64,000 bases of DNA. Origin: Candidatus Latescibacterota bacterium. Lineage in GTDB: Bacteria; Latescibacterota; UBA2968; GCA-2709665. The stretch lies in assembly GCA_965222075.1 (NCBI GenBank), contig OZ244937.1, positions 4,320,001-4,384,000 of the forward strand, read 5' to 3'. Under the pieces are notes generated by a model, which saw nothing but the letters and a program-made list of their open reading frames with translations, was not told the origin of the DNA and did not search any database. Positions within the stretch are counted from its first letter, which is position 1; each line of letters starts with the position of its first letter. The translations under genes and the position numbers were made by a program. This document shows positions 56,762 to 64,000 of the stretch, one piece after another.

Positions 56762-57307
56762 TCAATCGTCGGGCCACCCCGGCCAGGGGCAGTGGTTTCT
56801 GATGTAGCGGCCGTTTTGAAATTCGGTGAAAAAATGGGAGATGAGCGGGTGTGAGACCTGCTCTCCAGAATCGTCTTCCAAAAGGCTGGTCTGGGCGGCA
56901 TAGGTGATCTGGTTGGAGCCGTGGACCAGGACGTGGTACCAGGGCTGGCTGCGGTCGGGCTGGCTCCGGTTGGACAGGTACCAGGCATCGTCCGCCTGGC
57001 AGGTCGGGTCGAAGCCGACCACAACGCCCCGGTAGTCATACCGGCTGTGCCAGACGAGTTGGCCCGGTTCAAAGCGGGGTTCGACACCCACCGGCTCTCC
57101 GGGAGACGGACCGCTACCCTGACGCGCCTTGAGCAGGTCCCGGACCTTCTGCATCTGGTGTTCGTCTGGGGGATCGGGAAGCCGGGCGAGTTCCGCTTCC
57201 AGAGACGGGCCGAAGGCGGCTAAGGCCTCTGAGACGGCTTCTTGGACGGTTTCCGATTCGTCGTCGAGCAGGATCAAGAGGTGGGGGAGTTGCTTGGGAT
57301 CGGGCAT
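56762..57307 (-). CDS. HspQ/YccV-like protein with an extra N-terminal helical domain
   Basis: F.PGQLV.H.RY.YRGVVV..DP, QPWYHVLV, TYAAQ.SL, HPLI..FF. Confidence 0.88.
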   Translation of the reverse strand: MPDPKQLPHLLILLDDESETVQEAVSEALAAFGPSLEAELARLPDPPDEHQMQKVRDLLKARQGSGPSPGEPVGVEPRFEPGQLVWHSRYDYRGVVVGFDPTCQADDAWYLSNRSQPDRSQPWYHVLVHGSNQITYAAQTSLLEDDSGEQVSHPLISHFFTEFQNGRYIRNHCPWPGWPDD

Positions 57308-57396
57308 GGGCAGGTTCTCCGGGCTACTCGAACTGTCGCCTGAATTCGGTGAACTGCTGGCGGATTTTAATGTCGTTCAGGATATGGATTACTTTC

Positions 57397-58152
57397 TCAG
57401 GGTTGTTTTTTTAGCTGCCGGTACATGTCACGAGAGAAGATGTGTGGCTGGATATCCCGGTTCTGTCCTTCGACCATGCCCTGCACGAATTCTGCGGTCT
57501 TGCTCACAGCCGCCTCGACAAGCACCTGCCCCTGCTTGGCAGTCGCCTCCAGCGGCTGTTTGTCTTCCTGGTCCTGCAGGGCGTCGTGCCGGATATAGTC
57601 GGGAAACAGGACCAGGGCCATGGCGGTCTCGTACTCCTGCGCGTGGCCGGGAACTCTTCCCTTGCAGTGCTGCTCGGCGATCTCCCGGCTGAGGTCCCAG
57701 TAGGAGTGGAACTGGACGTTGACCTCGGGGTCGGCCGATTGAAAGTAGAGCTGCCACTGCCGGAGGATGCCGTTCATCGGGGCTTCATTTCCCCCATGGC
57801 CGTTCAGGATGAGGACGTTTTTGACGCCGTGCCGCACCAGGCTTTCCACCGCATCAAAGAGCACGGCCAGCCACGACCCCGGCTTGGCGGTGATCGTGCC
57901 CTTGTGGACCATGTGATGCTCGGAGATACCGACGGCCATCGGCACGCTCACAACAACCTGGGGGTAGAGGCGTTTGGCGGCCTCACAGGCGACGTAGGTG
58001 GCCGCGGCGATGTCGTACTCCATCGCCAGGTGTTCCAAGTGCTGCTCGTTGCTCCCGGTGGGGATAATCGCAGCCAGGAATTTCCCCACTTCCAGGGCTT
58101 CCCTGAACTCACGCCGCGTCAGTTTACCCAGCATCACTTCCTGGTCAGGCAT
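57397..58152 (-). CDS. Creatininase family amidohydrolase
   Basis: PTGSNEQH, GISEHH, LNGHGGN, GHA.E.ET. Confidence 0.92.
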   Translation of the reverse strand: MPDQEVMLGKLTRREFREALEVGKFLAAIIPTGSNEQHLEHLAMEYDIAAATYVACEAAKRLYPQVVVSVPMAVGISEHHMVHKGTITAKPGSWLAVLFDAVESLVRHGVKNVLILNGHGGNEAPMNGILRQWQLYFQSADPEVNVQFHSYWDLSREIAEQHCKGRVPGHAQEYETAMALVLFPDYIRHDALQDQEDKQPLEATAKQGQVLVEAAVSKTAEFVQGMVEGQNRDIQPHIFSRDMYRQLKKQP

Positions 58153-58180
58153 GGGGAGTCTCCTTTAAAAATGTTTAAAT

Positions 58181-58295
58181 TTGGCCTTGTGGAAATCCAA
58201 AACGCCGTGTCCCGAAGGTACGCCAGAGGGCTTCGAGTTGGCGACAGTGGCCCTATCCTCCACCGTTCACGGGTGTAGCCGAAAGACTCGAAACA
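58181..58295 (+). ncRNA. Candidate structured RNA/DNA element, copy B
   Basis: Homologous to 50176-50290 (AATTTGGCC..GAGGGCTTCGAGTT..CCTATCCTCCAC..GTTCACGGG..CTCGAAA). Confidence 0.5.
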
Positions 58296-58353
58296 AGACC
58301 AGGAAAGCAACCACCGATGAATCGTGACCGATGAATTGTGACTCGTAGCTGGT

Positions 58354-59649
58354 TTAAACCCCCGCCTTGAGCCGGGCGAAGCTGACACGATCGCTCAGTT
58401 GCATCAGGGCGAAGTAGGTGGTGATTTCGGTTCGGGAAGTGTCAAGGCTGGCCACGGCGTTTCGGTACCAGGTCCAGGTTTCGTCGTCTCGGGGACCCAG
58501 TTTGCAGATGGCGTCGTTGAAGTCCGCGATTTCGGAATCGGATTTCTCGTCCTGTTTTTCGATCCAGGCGAGGATGTCGGCATCCGTGGGACAGTCCCGG
58601 AGGGTATCTGTAAAGGCATCCACGGAGATGCCGAGGAATCTGAGGATGTAGCGGTCGATGCCGGAGTCACTGCCGTACCAGAAGTCTCCCAAAGTGTCGC
58701 TTAAGAAAGCCCGGCCCTTGTCAATCATACGGGCCAGGCCGGCGATGCCGGCGGCAGAGGTGTCATAGGGGCTTCGAGGCAGATGGCGCGTGAGGTCGAC
58801 GGTGTTGAAGCTCTTTTCGTCGTCTAAGTCGAGCAGGTCGAACCATGTGGTGACGTCGGTGCGGCCCGGGGCGGCGTTGTTGAGGGCCTTTTCAAAGATG
58901 GCGTGCTGTTCGTCGTTTTCGGGGCCTTTGCCGGAGATCCGGACGTTGAAGACGGCGATCTCGCCGGGGGTGCGGGAACTGTTCTCCTGCACCCAGGCGG
59001 TCAGTTCGAGGTCGTTGGGGTTGCTGTAGGCGGCCTCCTGGTAGTCGTCGGCAGAGATGCCTAAGAACTCGGTAATGGCCTCGTCTATGGGGCAGTTGTA
59101 GATGTATTCTCCCAGGCGGCCGGCTTTGTCGGCCCGGGCCTTGTCGGCCATGCGCGCCAGACCGTAGACGCCGGCCACGTCCCTGCAATACGGGGTGCGG
59201 GGCGCCCGCTGCGTGAGGTCGGCATCTCTGAAGCTGGCCCAGTCGTCTAATTCGATGGACTGGAAGACGGTTTTGATGTCGGTGCGTTTGGGGGCGTATT
59301 TTTCGAGCCGGTCCCGGAGGCGCTGCTTTCCGGCCTCGTCATCCGGTTCGCGGCCCAGGTGATGACGGTTGAAGGCCTCAACCTCCTCGTCGGTCCTGTC
59401 CGAGATTTTCCGCACCCATCGGCCGAGGGTCTCGTCATCGTAGCGGTCGGCAGCGTCGGCGAAGTCGGCGGCGGAGATGCCGAGAAAGTCTAAGAGGATT
59501 TTGTCCAGGCCGGAGTCTTCGCCGTAGACGAATTCACCTAAGGTTTCCTCATTGTAGGCACAGGCCTTGTCGGCCATACGGGCGAGGTTGACAATACCGG
59601 CGATGCAGGTGTTGGACGGCTGGCGGGGAGGTTGTTTCGTGAGGTCCAT
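58354..59649 (-). CDS. Triple tandem DUF5069-domain protein
   Basis: Three repeats of DLT...PR.P....G...LARM.DK......LG...Y....D.....FLGIS. Confidence 0.85.
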   Translation of the reverse strand: MDLTKQPPRQPSNTCIAGIVNLARMADKACAYNEETLGEFVYGEDSGLDKILLDFLGISAADFADAADRYDDETLGRWVRKISDRTDEEVEAFNRHHLGREPDDEAGKQRLRDRLEKYAPKRTDIKTVFQSIELDDWASFRDADLTQRAPRTPYCRDVAGVYGLARMADKARADKAGRLGEYIYNCPIDEAITEFLGISADDYQEAAYSNPNDLELTAWVQENSSRTPGEIAVFNVRISGKGPENDEQHAIFEKALNNAAPGRTDVTTWFDLLDLDDEKSFNTVDLTRHLPRSPYDTSAAGIAGLARMIDKGRAFLSDTLGDFWYGSDSGIDRYILRFLGISVDAFTDTLRDCPTDADILAWIEKQDEKSDSEIADFNDAICKLGPRDDETWTWYRNAVASLDTSRTEITTYFALMQLSDRVSFARLKAGV

Positions 59650-59663
59650 GGAGAGATCCTTTC

Positions 59664-59876
59664 TCATAGGCTTTGCTGTGTTACCATTCTCTCACAGCCT
59701 TCGTCAATCGAGCGTGCTATCTCCTTGAGATCTTCTTTATCTATTGCACCAGCAAATCGCAGCAACTGTTTTCCAGGTACACCTCGGAGTTCGGTATTCA
59801 CCAGGGACCGAGCGAACTCCAGAACACGCTTTTGCTCTGTCTCGCCCAGTTCGTACCAGACGTAAGGACCGACCAA
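59664..59876 (-). CDS. Small DUF2281-like putative antitoxin (possibly truncated)
   Basis: 'QKRVLEFARSL...GVPGKQLLRFAGAI..EDL.EI..SI.EGCE'; lower GC; TTGACA-17-TACCTT promoter at 59908-59880. Confidence 0.6.
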   Translation of the reverse strand: MVGPYVWYELGETEQKRVLEFARSLVNTELRGVPGKQLLRFAGAIDKEDLKEIARSIDEGCERMVTQQSL

Positions 59877-60086
59877 AACAAGGTACTGAAACGGCCATGT
59901 TCTGTCAAGCGGATCGGAGATGCCCCGGTCTGAGGGGTCGATGGTAGAATGTTCAGCGGGGATCGTAGCGCATGAAAGAGAAGTAGGCGCAGGCGAAGAG
60001 GAGGGCGCAGAGGGCCAGCAGGATGGTCAGGCCAATCCAGGCCCTGCGGATGCTTTGCCCTCTGTCCTTTGCCCTTTCACACGTTT

Positions 60087-61487
60087 TTAGAACAACCCCT
60101 CCTGCGCCCCATCGTACGCATCGTGGCGGCGGCGGCGTTTGGAGATGGTGTCTTCGACGGTGTTTTTGGAGATGACTTCGTAGAGGACGGCCTGTTTGCC
60201 TTCGCGGCGGCGGAGGATGCGGCCGAGGCGCTGGACGTGTTCGCGGATGGAGCCGGTGCCGGAGAGGACGATGGCCACGTTGGCCTCGGGGATGTTGACG
60301 CCTTCGTTGAGGACGCGAGAGGTAATGAGGGCGAGGACGTCGCCCCGGTTGAAGGCCTGGAGGATGTCCCTGCGCTCGCGGGTGCGAGTCTGGTGGGTGA
60401 TGGCAGGGATGAGGAATTCCTCCGAGATGGTGTAGACGGTCTCGTTGTCGTTGGTGAAGATGAGGATGCGGTCGCGGGGGTGGCGCTTGAGGAGGTCTTC
60501 GAGGACGCGCAGCTTGGCCGCCGTGCCCAGGGCGAGTTTGCGGTAGCGGCGGTAGGCGAGCATGGCCCGGCGGCCGGCGCTGGAGCGGGCGGAGAGGCGG
60601 ACGAAATTCTGCCAGCCGTTTGTGGTGCCGAGTTTGAGGTTTTTGCTGTCCAGAAATTTGGTGAATTCGGCGCGGGCGGCCTCGTAGTGTCCGCGCTCTT
60701 CGGCGACCATGTCGACCTGGATGCGTTCGGTGCCGTATTCGGAGAGGTAGTCTCCGGAGAGCTCCCGGATGCCCTTTTCATAGACGGTGGGGCCGACGAG
60801 GCCGGACAGGAGGAGATGCCTCCCGTCGGGGCGCTCCAGGGTGGCGGTGAGGCCGAGGCGATAGGGGGCGATGGCCATTTCGGCGCTGTGGCTGTAGATC
60901 TGGCCCGGGAGGTGGTGGATTTCGTCGAAGATGAGCATGCCAAAGCGGTTGCCGTAGCGGTCCATGTGCATGTAGGCGCTGTCGTAGGTGGTAACGGTGA
61001 GGTCGTCGATTTCGTGGTAGCCGCCGCCGAGGATGCCGACCTCCCGGCCGAAGGCGTCGGTGAGGAGGTCGTACCACTGGTTCATCAGGTCGATGGTGGG
61101 GGCTACGATGAGGGTGCTGCGGGCAATGTCGGCGAGAGCCATGAGGGCCAGGTGGGACTTTCCGGAGCCGGTGGGGAGGACGACGACGCCCCTGCGACCG
61201 CCGGCGCGCCAGGCCTGGAGGGCCTCGGCCTGGTAAGGATGGGGGGGGTGCTGGGACCTGAGGTCGAGCTTGAGGCGGTTGTAGCGGGGAACGATGTTCC
61301 GGATGTCGACCCCCTGGGCCTGGAGGGTTTCCACGATTTCCCGGTAGCGGTGGGCCAGCGCCCGCCAGCGCCCGACCCGGCTGTCCCAGACAAAGGGGCC
61401 GGGAGGTTCGAAGTCATCCTCGACATCCAGGAGGACGAGGGTGCCTTCGTCAAAGGCGAGCCGTATTTCAGGGTTGGAATCGGACAT
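60087..61487 (-). CDS. XPB/Rad25-like SF2 DNA helicase
   Basis: HPYQ.EAL, LPTGSGKS, DEIHH, LGLTAT, VLNEGVNIPEA, QRLGRILR. Confidence 0.93.
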   Translation of the reverse strand: MSDSNPEIRLAFDEGTLVLLDVEDDFEPPGPFVWDSRVGRWRALAHRYREIVETLQAQGVDIRNIVPRYNRLKLDLRSQHPPHPYQAEALQAWRAGGRRGVVVLPTGSGKSHLALMALADIARSTLIVAPTIDLMNQWYDLLTDAFGREVGILGGGYHEIDDLTVTTYDSAYMHMDRYGNRFGMLIFDEIHHLPGQIYSHSAEMAIAPYRLGLTATLERPDGRHLLLSGLVGPTVYEKGIRELSGDYLSEYGTERIQVDMVAEERGHYEAARAEFTKFLDSKNLKLGTTNGWQNFVRLSARSSAGRRAMLAYRRYRKLALGTAAKLRVLEDLLKRHPRDRILIFTNDNETVYTISEEFLIPAITHQTRTRERRDILQAFNRGDVLALITSRVLNEGVNIPEANVAIVLSGTGSIREHVQRLGRILRRREGKQAVLYEVISKNTVEDTISKRRRRHDAYDGAQEGLF

Positions 61488-61697
61488 GGAAAATTCAAGA
61501 AAATTTTCAATTCGGGAGGGGGAGAAAGGAGGCCGCAAGGTACTTAACGGCGCCGGGACACCCGGCCTGTCGAGGGAAGAAACAAGAGGTGGTAGACCTG
61601 CTGTCAAGAGCGGTCTACGAACGGGTGTTCGGCCGGTACGAGCGTCTGGTACCCCCATTCCAGGGGGTGCTGGAACGCCGGTTCAGGGAGCAGAACA

Positions 61698-62498
61698 CTA
61701 CACCAGTTCTTTGAGGCGTTCGAGGCATTTCGCGTAGCCGACGGAGCCTTCATCCCCTTCGTACTCGATGCACCAGACGCCGGGGTAACCGGCGTTTTCG
61801 AGGGTTTGAACCGCTCTGGGGATGTCGATTTCTCCTTCGCCCAGGACCCTGCCCCGGTAGTCGTCCAGGACGCCGGTACCGTCCTTGATATGGGTGTGAC
61901 GGGCGTGGGGAGCGACGGTTTCGTAAAACTGGGCGACGGTGTCTAAGTCGTGACCGGCAAAGCGGTAGTTCATGGTATCCATGGCGGCGGCCACGTAAGG
62001 GGAATCAATTTCCTTGAGGATGTGGACCTGGCGATCCCCATCGTTTGTAAGGGGGCTGTGGTTGTCCACGGCGAGGACGATTCGGTCGCGCTCGATGAAG
62101 TCGAGGCAACGTTTGAGGCCTTTGAGAGTGGCTTCCATAGATTTCTCGTAAGGCGGCTCGTCCTGGGGAAAACAACTGGATTCGGTGCGGACGACCGAGG
62201 CGCCCAGGATTTTGGCCAGCCAGCTGATGCGTTCCATTCGCCGGACCTGGCGCTGAATTTCTTCCGCGTCAGGCTGGGCGAAGTTGTTTCCGGCGCCAAG
62301 CGCGCAGATCCGGATGCCGGCAGCCTCGGCCTGTTCGCGGACCTGTTCGGCGCGGGCCTCGGGGCTTTCTTCCCCCGCAGGCCAGACGTCCCCGGGCATG
62401 AGCTCGACCGCGTCGAAGCCGGTTTGAGCTGCGAATTCGAAAAAGTCATCCAGGGTCTTAAGGTCGGGCAGGTTGTAGTGAATAAGTCCGTAGGCCAT
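61698..62498 (-). CDS. Sugar phosphate isomerase/epimerase (TIM barrel)
   Basis: GFDAVEL, LAVDNH, DTMN, HTHIKD, LGEGEID, CIEYEG. Confidence 0.9.
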   Translation of the reverse strand: MAYGLIHYNLPDLKTLDDFFEFAAQTGFDAVELMPGDVWPAGEESPEARAEQVREQAEAAGIRICALGAGNNFAQPDAEEIQRQVRRMERISWLAKILGASVVRTESSCFPQDEPPYEKSMEATLKGLKRCLDFIERDRIVLAVDNHSPLTNDGDRQVHILKEIDSPYVAAAMDTMNYRFAGHDLDTVAQFYETVAPHARHTHIKDGTGVLDDYRGRVLGEGEIDIPRAVQTLENAGYPGVWCIEYEGDEGSVGYAKCLERLKELV

Positions 62499-62531
62499 TG
62501 TTGTTCTCCACAGAAAAGAAGGTCTGAAGGA

Positions 62532-63157
62532 TCACCGGGTGTTCATTCGGATGAGGAAGTCGCGGGTGTCTAAGTGGGCGACCGATTCTTTCAGGAAGGT
62601 CTGCAGGAGTCCATCCGGGCTTAAGTCGGAGGTGTCGATTTCGAATTTACGCTTAATCCAGGAGGAGCGGAATTCCTGCTGGAACTGCGCGAGGATCTCC
62701 TGGATGTCCCCTTTCGGGACGACGGGATAGTCGTGCGGGGTCTCTTCCATCCGCTTTTCGATGACATCCGGGCGGGCCGTGAGGTGGACGAGAATGGTGT
62801 CGGGCGGCTGACCTCCCAGGCCCTCGGGGTTTCGGCGATTCGGCCGATGTCGGGATAATAGTAGCGGGGACCGTAGATGTATTCTTCGATGTGAAAGCCC
62901 CCCAAGAGGATGTGCTCGTATTTGTTGATGAGGCGGACATGGTAGGCGAGTTGAAAGCGCTGGTAGCGTTCTTTGAGGATCTGGGGGAGGCTGCGCATGG
63001 TCTCCTGATCCTCTTTTGACTTGAGCATCTGGCAGTCGGGGATGGAAAAGTGGTCGTCTAAGTGGTGGTGGATGCCCCGGTCATGCCCCCACGCCATGAG
63101 GCCCTGGAAGAGGATGGTCTTGCCGGTGTACTCGCAGCCGATGGCGACGATGCGCAT
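62532..63157 (-). pseudogene. P-loop nucleotide-kinase-like protein with a single frameshift
   Basis: MRIVAIGCEYTGKT...PRAWEVS, frame change near 62805-62812, then PDTILVHLTARPDVIEKRM...FRSSWIKRKFEIDTS. Confidence 0.75.
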
Positions 63158-63616
63158 GGGTATGTCTCCTGTGGTGAAGATGGATTGTTGGGGCACGGCA
63201 TGCCGTGCCCGTACGGTGCCCATCTACGGTTTGTTCGGTTGGGATGGGGTTATGTCTACCTTGATCTGAGCCGTGAATGAAGAATTGAGACAAAGAAGGG
63301 GCAGGCGAATACCAGGCGGCGGCGGACGGCAGACGGCGGATTTCTCGGCGCGGAGATTCGGGCGAATCGATCATAAGTCACACTCGCTTTTTTGTGTATG
63401 GCCCTTATATTGATGGTAAGATAATACACAGCGCCGAGAGATACAAGGGAATGTTTAGGGTAAAAGGTGGAAGGGGCGATACCGCAAGGTCGTGGGCCGG
63501 TATCGCCTTATCTTTATTCCCCTTTACCAGCAGTAGACCGTTGAGGTCTCGCAGATTCTCATCCAGACGGAGAAGACGTACCGCTAATTGTGATAGGGAC
63601 ATTTGTTTGAAAACCC

Positions 63617-63645
63617 TTGACAGTGTATGAGCGCTATGTTATCTT
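63617..63645 (+). promoter_or_regulatory. Sigma70-type promoter of tRNA-Asp
   Basis: TTGACA, 17 nt, TATCTT. Confidence 0.75.
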
Positions 63646-63691
63646 TAGGCCGTTGCTGGAGTTCGGCTTTGGCCGATTGCAGCACCTGTGC

Positions 63692-63770
63692 GGGGTAGTA
63701 GCTCAGTTTTGGTTAGAGTGTCGGCCTGTCACGCCGAAGGTCGCGGGTTCGAGCCCCGTCTACCCCGCCA
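63692..63770 (+). tRNA. tRNA-Asp (GTC)
   Basis: Acceptor stem GGGGTAG/CTACCCC, D-arm GCTCAG..GGTTAGAGT, anticodon loop CTGTCAC, GGTTCGAGCCC T-arm, encoded CCA. Confidence 0.97.
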
Positions 63771-64000
63771 ATAAATCACGGAGGGCCACGGAATCCCGCC
63801 CTGCCGCTGCCCTGCTACACAGTAGGGTCATGGAACCTCCGCTCTGCCCCCACCCCGATGGACGGAGGGCTACGGAGTTTCTGCTGCTCGACGCTTTGAT
63901 TTTTAGGTGTCGGGTATTTTTTTGAGTGTATGTGGGCAGGGATTGCGTGATCCGATCGCGTGTACGTTACCACCCATTTCGCAGCGTTAGGGGTGGGTAT

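Noticed and set aside
58200-58260. Group IIC intron domain V/VI remnant (AACGCCGTGTCCCGAAGGTACG...CCCTAT)
   Set aside because: The 3' arm of domain V is missing, copy A does not match, and no reverse transcriptase is nearby
63771-64000. Prophage or island attachment site at tRNA-Asp
   Set aside because: No integrase or duplicated tRNA 3' end in the window; only ACGGAGGGC(C/T)ACGGA short repeats follow

Overview
A GC-rich bacterial chromosomal segment. Its mix of genes (DUF4838, heparinase II/III, DegT, PhyH, TIM-barrel isomerases, CocE, C45) suggests a Latescibacterota/Poribacteria-like environmental lineage, but that is inference only. The left part holds housekeeping genes (mraZ-rsmH, uppS-cdsA-dxr-rseP, ygfA, a geranylgeranyl reductase, gltA) and an McrB/DUF2357-McrC restriction pair split by two unrelated genes. 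The middle holds a sugar-acid/amino-sugar catabolic cluster, a cytochrome c maturation operon with a Cys-type (CxxxY) CcmE, and an M16 peptidase pair. The right part holds DUF790/Bax1 and an XPB-type helicase about 10 kb apart, several hydrolases, a triple-DUF5069 protein and tRNA-Asp. Four features are not explained by the gene list: (i) a sharp C-rich to G-rich strand-skew switch at about 22.4-22.9 kb, on a hairpin-rich intergenic element; (ii) two copies of an unrecognised two-hairpin element with covarying stems and a conserved loop (about 50.18-50.29 kb and 58.18-58.29 kb); (iii) many short gene relics in spacers (alpha-2-macroglobulin, SlyD, PLD-helicase, SpoU, antitoxin); (iv) an apparent excess of TTAG/CTAA with almost no CTAG. 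I saw no CRISPR array, rRNA or intact transposase. All family calls come from motif recognition by eye; no database search was run.
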